Below are positions 38,668 through 46,674 of a DNA stretch of 64,000 bases, in pieces (the stretch's first letter is position 1; every line of letters starts with the position of its first letter). A program made the position numbers and the translations under genes. The stretch covers positions 3,408-67,407 of the forward strand of contig JBDGRN010000016.1 of NCBI GenBank assembly GCA_042218125.1, written 5' to 3'. This stretch comes from Halobacteria archaeon (GTDB lineage Archaea; Halobacteriota; Halobacteria; Halobacteriales; Halorutilaceae). Below the pieces are notes generated by a model. The model did no database searches. It saw nothing but the letters and a program-made list of their open reading frames with translations, and was not told the DNA's origin.

Positions 38668-39411
38668 ATGGAGGTGGAGGACGGATGTCCGTTATGTGAA
38701 AGAGAAATCAAGTACAGGTGGTGTATCGAGCGGGAGGCGTTGAAGGTCGAGAGGGATAGTGACCTCGAGATAGATAGGGAGGAGAACGTTAAGGGAGTGG
38801 CAGGAAAGGCGTCGAGGCTGATGGGTGGTGACGACGAGGACGAACAGCCGGACCTGGCGTTCAAGAAACAGGACGGTGAGGTGCAGAGAACAGTTGTCAG
38901 GGCGAAGGGTGAGGACGTGGTATCGCCGGACTTCGTCGGATGTGTCAACAGGAAATGTTCGCTATACTACGAAAAGGTTTTCAAGAAGATAAAGGAAGCC
39001 GACGATGTCAGGAAGACACGGAGGGAGTTCAACGAAAAGCTAGCTGGGCTACGGAAGAACCAGTTAGAGGAGACGGATAAGTCCGAGGAAAGGCGGAAGG
39101 ATGTCTGTCCACAGTGCGGCGGCGAAGTCGTGGCAGGATGGAGTACAGAAACCGAGGACAGGACCTGGAGCAAGGAGAACAAAAGCGGTGTAACGGAGGA
39201 AACCAGGGAGAAGACCGAGACTTTACGTAAAGTGGAGGAGCCTGGTTTCGCCGACTATCTCGCGTGTGGTAACTCGGACTGCAGTCTTTACGTAAACTCA
39301 GTCCGGAAAAGATTTATCGAGATCATGACGGAGTCGACCAGCCACGATGAGTTCAAGGAGAGCATGAAGCAAGAGAAACAGAGACAGCTTCATGGAGAAA
39401 ACGGAGAGTAA
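38668..39411 (+). CDS. Split-Cys4 module protein C (two modules), unknown function
   Basis: It starts directly after the upstream stop (TGAATG). Module 1 is CPLCEREIKYRW ... SPDFVGCVNRKCSLYYEKV, and module 2 is CPQCGGEVVAGW ... ADYLACGNSDCSLYVNSV. Confidence 0.6.
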   Translation: MEVEDGCPLCEREIKYRWCIEREALKVERDSDLEIDREENVKGVAGKASRLMGGDDEDEQPDLAFKKQDGEVQRTVVRAKGEDVVSPDFVGCVNRKCSLYYEKVFKKIKEADDVRKTRREFNEKLAGLRKNQLEETDKSEERRKDVCPQCGGEVVAGWSTETEDRTWSKENKSGVTEETREKTETLRKVEEPGFADYLACGNSDCSLYVNSVRKRFIEIMTESTSHDEFKESMKQEKQRQLHGENGE

Positions 39412-39812
39412 CCAGACGCCGGTTATGTGTCGACAAAACTATATGTCGTTACAGTAAACTCCTTTTTCTCCTGTACATGGTCTCCTGTTCATAGACTCCT
39501 GTTCATAGCGGCAACGTAGATCCAAACTCTATTTTCAACTTTGATAATCTACCCATCGTCTCGGTTTGCCACTCGACAAACCTGGAGGTTACCTCGGGTT
39601 GATTGATTTTCATCTTCCGGCAGAAAAATTTGTTTGGGAAGCAACAAACCACCTTTCTACGGGCGATTTTACTGTAGTGAACCTGTTCCCGGTCCACTTA
39701 ATGCTACATATGCCTCTTCGGCATATAAACCTAAATCTTCTTATTAAACCAAAACTATATATAAGTAATATTATCAAGTTTGATAATTTAGCTTGTGTCT
39801 CAGTTAAGCTAT

Positions 39813-39925
39813 GGTTTTGGTTGTTGTGGTGTTTTTGGTTTGACTGGTGTTTTGGTTGTTGTGGTGTTTTTGGTTGGAGTTAGTGGTGAATTTGTGTGTA
39901 CTGGTGTGTTTGTGTGTACTGATGT
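39813..39925. repeat. GT-rich compound tandem repeats (about 26-bp core TTTTGGTTGTTGTGGTGTTTTTGGTT x2, then TGTGTGTACTG x2)
   Basis: The cores lie at 39815-39840 and 39850-39875, and the TGTGTGTACTG copies at 39893 and 39911. They sit in the 717-bp spacer between convergent genes. Confidence 0.85.
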
Positions 39926-40128
39926 TTCTAGTGAGGATGGAGATTTTGATTGGACTGATTTTTCTGGAGGAACTCGCGCTGAGTTGACTAACCTTCTAAA
40001 ACAGCTTCCAGGAAGGTAGGATACAGGGAAACATATCGTCTAATGTAGAAACCGAACCAGATACGATTGATAAGCGGCGATCCTGTAAATCCTTCCTGAA
40101 TTATGAGTGGTGGGTCAAGGTATACAGG

Positions 40129-43100
40129 TTACGGGCGTTTGTATGCCACGTAACCAACCGAGAGGTTTCTACTGACTCCCGAATCGGAAGGTGGGGATAC
40201 CGTGAATCCATCTTGATCTCTATCCTTTACCCTCGGCAGGTAATCTCCCGGGGACTCGCTCTGGGTCTGGACGGCCACCGCGTCGGGGTTCGTCAGGTTG
40301 GACAGGTTAACCTTGACATCCTGGTTCCCCAGACTGACTGTACCCGCTTCGAACCTGCCGACTCCGGCTATTCTGTGTACTCCTTCGTTTATTGCGCCGT
40401 ATCTCACGTCGCTCGCATTGACTTTATCTGAACCTCCGGACGTTTTCTTTATCTGGAAGCCGTCTTTGTTCACGCTCCTTAACCGGAGTTCCGACCTGTT
40501 TTTCGTGAAAACCACCGGTTTTTTAGGGCTGAAACTGAACTCGATCCTCTGCCACTGCTGCCCTGTCGCTGAAACATTTACCTGGTTCGTTTCGGCTTTC
40601 TTTAGCCAAGGATGGAACTTGATCGACCCTTTGAGTTTCTCACCGGAACCGTTCGCGATATACGTGTGGGTGTTGAACAGCCCTCCTTCAGTTTGCTTGA
40701 TTCCACCTGAAGGCTTTCCCTGCCACCAGTTGTTCTTTGCGTTTACAGTTCCCGGACAGGCCGGTACTAGACTTATGTTCAGGCAGCCGTAGTTGTAAAG
40801 CCCGTAACTGTAGGAATTTTTGAAGTTGTTGTGATGAACTTTTACTGAGCCCACTAGATTCGTGATCTTGAGTACACCCATTGCTACGGAGTTGTTTTTG
40901 AAGTTGTTGTGTTCGATGACCATTTTCTTCATTGCTGAACCGGTGAGAACGCCTACGTAGTTGTTGTTTACCGTATTATTTGTGATCTCTATATGTGGAC
41001 CAAAAACACCTATAGATGCGACACCGATTCCGTGTAACCACTGTGGAATCAGATCGGATAACGACCTGTTCCACCGTTTCAGTTCGAGTGCTGACTCGTT
41101 TAGTGCTCCGGGTGGAGTCGAGTTGAATGCCTCCTTAACCCTGTTTCTTGCTTTCTCGTCTACCGGACTCTGTTTCGAAGTAAGTCTGAGATCGCCGCTG
41201 GCATCTATACTCGAAACTTTATCGGGTGTCAAGGTCGAGCTAATCGTGTTGTTGTTTATTTTGCCCGAGTACGGTGGAAGGGTTACCACGCCTGCCGCCA
41301 CGTAGTTTATATCGTTGGACGAGACGTCAACGTCGTTTTCAACCAGAAGGCTTACCAGATTTCCTCCGCCCGTCAGACCCAAGCCTCTGTAGGAATTGTC
41401 ATGTATATTGATGTTTTTACCGTGGGCGAGAGTACCGACGACAGATCTACCGAATACGACGTTCTTGACTTCGACGTTCTTTATCTGTTCGTCACGGGGA
41501 CTGTAGATCGTCAAGGCAAAATACATGGGGGCAACTCCTGAAGATGAGAGGGTGTTTCCCTGGCCGTCCAGTGTCACGTTGTTGCTGAATATCGCTATAC
41601 CGTATTTTGACGCTGAGATTCCACTACTCCAGGATCCAGACTTAATCTTGTAACTTCCGGGGCTTATAATACTGGTGGCATGAGAGACCTCGTAGTTACG
41701 GGGTTCGCCCTGGATACCCTTCAGGGCCAGGTTACCTGCCCTGGGTGAACTCAAGGTGTCGTTAGAACTGAGTTCGAACCTGACCCTGGTGTACTGCTTG
41801 GTGGTGTCGAAGTTCTTGAGTTCGACAATGGTTCCGTTCTGAAGGTAGTTACCCGGATCAAGGCTGTAGGTTTTGGTTTTGACTGCCGAGTTGCCATCTA
41901 TATCGTCAGCATCAAAGTACTGATCTGAAACTGCTATAGTAACCTTGACGTGGTTTTGTCCTGTCGTTGTGTTCTGGAGTTTGTATGATATACTCAGGTT
42001 AGTGTATTCATCCGGCTTACCCTGGTAGATTTTTGAGGTGTATGTACCGTTGCCCTGATATACCTGTATTGGGATCTTGTCTTTCACGATTTCGCTTCCT
42101 TTCCCTATGTCTTTGTTTAGACCGAAGTAGATATCGTTGGATTTGGGGTCTACTGCGCTGGAAGTGATCCCGTTTCCGTAGTCTAACTTCCTGGCGACTT
42201 CTCCCGTTTTCTTGTTAACCTTCATGAACTGGTTGTCGCCGTTTCGTGAGTTTTTGGTGAGGAAAAGGTAGTCATCTGTTTGCGTAACCGAGTAGTCGCC
42301 GTAGGTAGTATATATTGTAACTTTGTACTCTACTTCTCCGTTTTCGACGTCGACTTTACGTAGATGCTGACTGCCCTGACTGTATAGATACCGGTCGTTA
42401 CTACTCAGTACGAAGTTCGATGGTTGGGAGTAGTTCTTCACTACTTTTCTCTCGGATAGATCTATTTTGGATATCCCTTTGTTGGGTTTACCCACGTATA
42501 TGTAGTTACCGTCAGATGAGAGCGACGTAGATAGTTTACCGCTCGCCTGGGTGATGTCCTGAGAGGTATACTTTATCCCCCATTTCTTTTCTCCTGTTTT
42601 TGCCGAAAGTGCGTATAGCTTGGGTGGCTGTCTCGTATTTGCGACGGGGGAGTAGACTGTTTTCCCGTCCTTGCTTATCTGCAGGTCGCCGCTGGAACCC
42701 GTTTTTATCACTGAGGAGTCGGCGTCCCAGACCTGGTTTCCGTCTGGTGTTATTTTTACTATATTTCCATAAGGACCATGGTTCGGGTTGTTAAGGTAGA
42801 GGTATCTGTTCTTGGGTCCGACGGTTACGTCGTTAGCGTTGTCAAACTCCTTTGCCCATGCAACCTCACCTGTTTCTGTGTCGATCTTATGGATCTTACC
42901 GTCGCTGAAACCGTATAGATAATCGCCGTCCTGGCTCTGAGCCCTGATCTTTATCTTGGAGCTTCCGTTCCAGAGTACATTCTCCTTTACCGGTAAGCTC
43001 CATTTTCCGATCCCCTGTTTTTCCAGGTTTTCGGTGTTAGCTTTGGAGGCACTGAAAAGTTTAACCTCCTCTTTTTGATTATCGTCCTGTGCTGTCACCA

Positions 43101-43170
43101 TTCCGGAACCCGCCGTCAGTCCTAACAGAGCCACCGCAGTTACAATGAGTAGTCGCTTTTTAAATGTCAC
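40129..43170 (-). CDS. Large secreted protein: signal peptide + PQQ-like beta-propeller + beta-sandwich + right-handed parallel beta-helix (PbH1/NosD-like) + C-terminal lectin-like domain
   Basis: GTG start. Signal peptide MTFKKRLLIVTAVALLGLTAGSGMVTAQ. Propeller blades are marked by TGEVAWAKEF, TGEKKWGIKY, NGEVEYKV and TGEVARKLDY. Beta-helix rungs are marked by ITNNTVNNNYVGV, IEHNNFKNNSVAMGV and VHHNNFKNSYSYGL. The composition is K/N/S-rich and non-acidic. Confidence 0.8.
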   Translation of the reverse strand: MTFKKRLLIVTAVALLGLTAGSGMVTAQDDNQKEEVKLFSASKANTENLEKQGIGKWSLPVKENVLWNGSSKIKIRAQSQDGDYLYGFSDGKIHKIDTETGEVAWAKEFDNANDVTVGPKNRYLYLNNPNHGPYGNIVKITPDGNQVWDADSSVIKTGSSGDLQISKDGKTVYSPVANTRQPPKLYALSAKTGEKKWGIKYTSQDITQASGKLSTSLSSDGNYIYVGKPNKGISKIDLSERKVVKNYSQPSNFVLSSNDRYLYSQGSQHLRKVDVENGEVEYKVTIYTTYGDYSVTQTDDYLFLTKNSRNGDNQFMKVNKKTGEVARKLDYGNGITSSAVDPKSNDIYFGLNKDIGKGSEIVKDKIPIQVYQGNGTYTSKIYQGKPDEYTNLSISYKLQNTTTGQNHVKVTIAVSDQYFDADDIDGNSAVKTKTYSLDPGNYLQNGTIVELKNFDTTKQYTRVRFELSSNDTLSSPRAGNLALKGIQGEPRNYEVSHATSIISPGSYKIKSGSWSSGISASKYGIAIFSNNVTLDGQGNTLSSSGVAPMYFALTIYSPRDEQIKNVEVKNVVFGRSVVGTLAHGKNINIHDNSYRGLGLTGGGNLVSLLVENDVDVSSNDINYVAAGVVTLPPYSGKINNNTISSTLTPDKVSSIDASGDLRLTSKQSPVDEKARNRVKEAFNSTPPGALNESALELKRWNRSLSDLIPQWLHGIGVASIGVFGPHIEITNNTVNNNYVGVLTGSAMKKMVIEHNNFKNNSVAMGVLKITNLVGSVKVHHNNFKNSYSYGLYNYGCLNISLVPACPGTVNAKNNWWQGKPSGGIKQTEGGLFNTHTYIANGSGEKLKGSIKFHPWLKKAETNQVNVSATGQQWQRIEFSFSPKKPVVFTKNRSELRLRSVNKDGFQIKKTSGGSDKVNASDVRYGAINEGVHRIAGVGRFEAGTVSLGNQDVKVNLSNLTNPDAVAVQTQSESPGDYLPRVKDRDQDGFTVSPPSDSGVSRNLSVGYVAYKRP

Positions 43171-43320
43171 CTTACTATTCCTGTACTGTAATCCTGTTTC
43201 GATATATAAAAGCTATGGGTATTTTTCCAAGTATGTATATCTTGTGTAGGTGGAGAACATCTCTTGGCGGTGTCTATACCTCGGGATATTCTACCTGGGA
43301 TATCTGTTTCACTTAAATAT

Positions 43321-44553
43321 CTACTCTACATGAAATTCGTATCTAACCGAACCATCGACGTTACTTCTTCCGAGACTCCAGCCGTTGATTTCTGTCAACT
43401 CCTTGATAACGTAGTCGTGGGGGTCCTCCATCCGGAACTCTGTATCGCTCAACCAGTCACCGGTAACGTTCAGGCGGTTTTCCAGGTTTTCGGACTCGCT
43501 TTCTTTGTGCTCGATTTCGAACCTGAAACCTTCCTCACCTGACTCCTCCATGTAAACTATGGAGTGTGATGGTGCCACGTCGACGAATCTTTGGAAAAGA
43601 TTATCAAATAGCTGTGCTGTAATCGCAGGGTTGCAGAAGTACTTTTCGTTCACCTCGATCTCGAGCGAGACACCATTCCGTGGACATCTTAGCCACCGTT
43701 CTCGAGCAACTTCCCCCACCATAACTGGTTCTTTCTCTACTAAGGAAGGCGTCTCAATGGTAACCGTAGTCGTATTACGGAAAAACAGATCCAGGTTCTC
43801 GATGATATGGTTGACTGGGTCAGCTTTAACTTCTTTACCGATGTCAGACTTCGACCTATCCGTTTTTCCGGCTCTTCCGGCTTCATCCCCCCTAACTTCC
43901 GGTGGTTCCTTCTCGGTTACTTCACTGGTATCGGTTTCCAAGAAATCCACCGTTTCACTGTCCATTAGCTCCCGGATCTCGTTAACCGGCTGTTCAATCC
44001 GTCTCTCCAGGTCATCTATCTGTCTTTCGAGACGTTTCCTCTGATGGTCTTTTCTCATCTCGGTGAGTTCGGACTCGAGTTCTCTCGCTATTAACTCGGC
44101 GAACATCGTCTCGTAGTCGTCGAACTCCTTCTTCCTTCTATCTGGGGAAACGAAACAGACGGTTCCGAAGACACCGTCGTCGAGAATTATCGGAACGCCG
44201 TGGTAGCAGTTCAGCTGGTTTTCGAGGTAAGCCGGTTCGTCACTCCAACCCTGGTTGGGTGCGTCGTGGAGAGCGATAGAACGCTCCTCGTCGACCACTC
44301 TCTTGCAGTAGGTCATGTCCAGGTCGAGAACCATTCCCTCGGGAAACATACCGTTCTCGCCCTCAGTACTGACGATGGCTTCCCAGCGGGATGCCTCCTC
44401 GTCTATCTGGGCAACGTGCGCCTTCTCGGCACCGAGGTACGACTGGCCGAGCTCGAGGGCGCGTTGCGCCTTATCGTGGAACTCGGCATCCTCATTCATA
44501 ATGTCGAAGAGGAGGTGTCTCTCGACTTTGTAACGACTGTCTTCCCCGGACAT
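43321..44553 (-). CDS. GAF-domain signalling protein with coiled coil and degenerate histidine-kinase-like C-terminal domain
   Basis: N-terminal GAF (LELGQSYLGAEKAHVAQID...YHGVPIILDDGVFGTVCFVS), a charged coiled coil, then a C-terminal alpha/beta domain whose layout resembles HATPase_c (ITAQLFDNLFQRFVDVAP, GFRFEIEH, DGSVRYEFHVE) but lacks the canonical N/G boxes. Confidence 0.7.
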   Translation of the reverse strand: MSGEDSRYKVERHLLFDIMNEDAEFHDKAQRALELGQSYLGAEKAHVAQIDEEASRWEAIVSTEGENGMFPEGMVLDLDMTYCKRVVDEERSIALHDAPNQGWSDEPAYLENQLNCYHGVPIILDDGVFGTVCFVSPDRRKKEFDDYETMFAELIARELESELTEMRKDHQRKRLERQIDDLERRIEQPVNEIRELMDSETVDFLETDTSEVTEKEPPEVRGDEAGRAGKTDRSKSDIGKEVKADPVNHIIENLDLFFRNTTTVTIETPSLVEKEPVMVGEVARERWLRCPRNGVSLEIEVNEKYFCNPAITAQLFDNLFQRFVDVAPSHSIVYMEESGEEGFRFEIEHKESESENLENRLNVTGDWLSDTEFRMEDPHDYVIKELTEINGWSLGRSNVDGSVRYEFHVE

Positions 44554-44639
44554 AGTGGTGTCTAGAGATAAGTGCAGGAATTTCTAAACTCTTTCCCATA
44601 ACTATAAGCAGTTGTGTTCTGGTTCTCGAGATACGTAAG

Positions 44640-44768
44640 GTGCTGATTTGATTATAACGTGGGGTGCTTTTTAGCTTGTAAGGTGAGGTGCTGTTTAGAT
44701 TATGACGTGGGGTGCTGATTTGATTATGACGTGGGGTGCTGATTTGATTATGACGTGGGGTGCTGATT
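44640..44768. repeat. Tandem repeat, about 25-bp unit (GTGCTGATTTGATTATGACGTGGGG), about 5 copies
   Basis: Read directly. Three near-perfect 3' copies follow two diverged 5' copies. The array lies 87-215 bp upstream of the GAF gene start on the opposite strand. Confidence 0.9.
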
Positions 44769-44849
44769 AGAAAGCTACTTTTACACAGTGTGTTGTTAAC
44801 GCCGCCGAAGAGATCAAGTAGATGGATAACCCGGTATGTAGCTGGAAAC

Positions 44850-45158
44850 TCAGGAGATCGAGAACCTTTTGACGAGGAAGTAACCTCCCGGTATTATTCC
44901 AAAGATCGGTATAGTAGCGAGTCCTATGTTCCAGAACGATGGACCCCACAGGACGTTCTGCCGTGTCAGTGCCTCTGCCTCTCTGTAGAGGCCGAACGGA
45001 ATCAGGAACCATGAAGCCAGACCCATCACTAGCGCTGCAGCAATGCTTACGCCGAGTACATAAGCTGAGACTGCTGAGATTGCCATTCCTATTCCCGCAA
45101 CTACGGTGATAAGTGCCGGCTTCTCTTCGTCACCTATTGGATGTCTCTGTTCCTTCAT
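44850..45158 (-). CDS. Small membrane protein (about 3 TM)
   Basis: 102 aa, with hydrophobic helices LITVVAGIGMAISAVSAYVLGVSIAAALVMGLASWFLIPF and IGLATIPIFGIIPGGYFLV. Confidence 0.5.
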   Translation of the reverse strand: MKEQRHPIGDEEKPALITVVAGIGMAISAVSAYVLGVSIAAALVMGLASWFLIPFGLYREAEALTRQNVLWGPSFWNIGLATIPIFGIIPGGYFLVKRFSIS

Positions 45159-45296
45159 CTTTCGTTACAGTGGGTTGGTTGACGACCCTGGGTTTAAACT
45201 CCTTCTTTTTACTCCAATCTATCGGACGACACCGATACAGTACCGGCATACCACAGAGTTTATTGCATCTTTGACCGTAGAGTTTATCTGTAGTTT

Positions 45297-45369
45297 GGGA
45301 CCGTGGGGTAGCCTGGTATCCTCGGCCGCTGGGGGCGGTCGGACTTGAGTTCAAGTCTCAACGGTCCCA
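45297..45369 (+). tRNA. tRNA-Pro (anticodon GGG)
   Basis: Hand-folded cloverleaf. Acceptor stem GGGACCG/CGGTCCC, D arm GGGT-AGCCTGGT-ATCC, anticodon loop CTGGGGG (U33, GGG, G37), T arm TTGAG-TTCAAGT-CTCAA, discriminator A. CCA is not encoded. Confidence 0.85.
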
Positions 45370-45480
45370 CTAAACTATTATTTACACCACTGGAGTCATT
45401 GATTCCGTCGGATTCATTTATTTTGCCGGAACTATCCCGTATTTGAAGATTTAACCGGTACGAACCTTTACTAAGACGAA

Positions 45481-46384
45481 ATGAATGTCGTATCCATGCT
45501 TCCCTCCGCCACCGAGATACTCTACGCCCTCGGTGTCGAACCCGTGGGGGTTTCACATGAATGCAACTATCCCGCGTATGCTACTACGAAACCGGAGGTT
45601 ACGTCAACGACCCTCTCGGAGGAGGGTTCCAGCGACGAGATAAACCGGTCCATAGCAGAGGCGGAGGACGGAGACATTTACCGCGTGGATGTCGATAAAC
45701 TCCGGGAACTGGAGCCGGATCTCGTGTTGACCCAGGACGTCTGTAGCGACTGCGCCATCGACTCGTCGGAGGTTTCACGTGCGATCGAAAAACTTGACTT
45801 GGAACCCGAGGTTCTGTCGCTACATCCGCATACAGTCAACGACGTACTGGAGGACGTAACGATGGTTGGTGCCGCAACGGGTCGGGAGGAGAGAGCCGAA
45901 GAGGTCGTCGACGATCTGGTCGGTAGAATGGATGCCGTGGAGGACAGAACGGATTCCCTCGACCGGCCGAAAACAGTAGTTATAGAGTGGATGGATCCTG
46001 TAATGACGGGGGGGACACTGGAACCCGGAGATGGTCAAAACAGCGGGGGGAGATCCGTGTCTCATGAACCCTGGTGCACCATCGGAAACCGTTGAATGGA
46101 GTGAAATACTGGACCTAAATCCGGAGGTCTTGATTGTGGCTCCTTGTGGATATGGATTAAATAAAGCCGTCCGTAACTTCGAAGAAATCGCTGGAAGGGT
46201 TGGCTTCTTCGAAATGGCTGCCGTCAAAAACGACCGGTATTACGTGATGGATGGCGACAGTTACGTCAACCGCCCCGGTGTCCGTTTGGTCGATACATTG
46301 GAGTTTTTCGCCCAGATAATACATCCTGGTGTCTTTGGTGAAGTTCCCGGTTCCGTGGCCTGTACTCCGGTGGAGATACGGTAG
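45481..46384 (+). pseudogene. BtuF/FhuD-type (PF01497-like) periplasmic-binding-fold protein disrupted by a +1 frameshift in a G7 homopolymer
   Basis: ORF 45481..46095 and ORF 46031..46384 are the N- and C-halves of one protein. Removing one G from the run at 46008-46014 gives continuous ...VIEWMDPVMTGGHWNPEMVKTAGGDP... Confidence 0.75.
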
Positions 46385-46479
46385 GTTAGAGGGTTTTGGG
46401 GAAAGACGTAGCTATACTGGCTAGTTCATAGAATTAACCGATAAAACGGACTCCGGAAGGTGAAACGGGTTCCAAACGG

Positions 46480-46556
46480 TATATTGAACTTCGGACGTTA
46501 TATTGAACTTCGGACGTTATATTGAACTTCGGACGTTATATTGAACTCCGAACGGT
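46480..46556. repeat. Tandem repeat, 19-bp unit (TATATTGAACTTCGGACGT), 4 copies
   Basis: Copies at 46480, 46499 and 46518 are perfect. The copy at 46537 is diverged. Confidence 0.95.
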
Positions 46557-46674
46557 GGGTATAATCAACTCCAGAAGGTGCTCGGAATGTTCTAATGTTT
46601 GGACTTTTCCAGGGTTTCCAACTGTTTTCGTCATTGAGAAGGTATTTGTTACAAGAGAAAGAACTCTTCTATAG

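Noticed and set aside
39503-40019. Small ORFs in the convergent spacer: 39503..39697 (-), 39566..39883 (+) and 39795..40019 (+).
   Set aside because: They are basic or Cys/Phe/Val/Gly-rich translations of low-complexity GT repeats. They have no RBS or promoter context and an atypical composition. The region is treated as non-coding, but it is flagged as a finding.
44640-44768. Possibility that the tandem arrays (here and at 34761, 46480, 47824 and 53998) are CRISPR arrays.
   Set aside because: The units are contiguous with no unique spacers, only 16-36 bp long, few in number and often degenerate. No cas genes or leader-like context are present.
45481-46384. Treating 45481..46095 and 46031..46384 as two separate genes.
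   Set aside because: The two products are complementary halves of one binding-protein fold and overlap out of frame at a G7 run. A single frameshifted gene is the simpler explanation.
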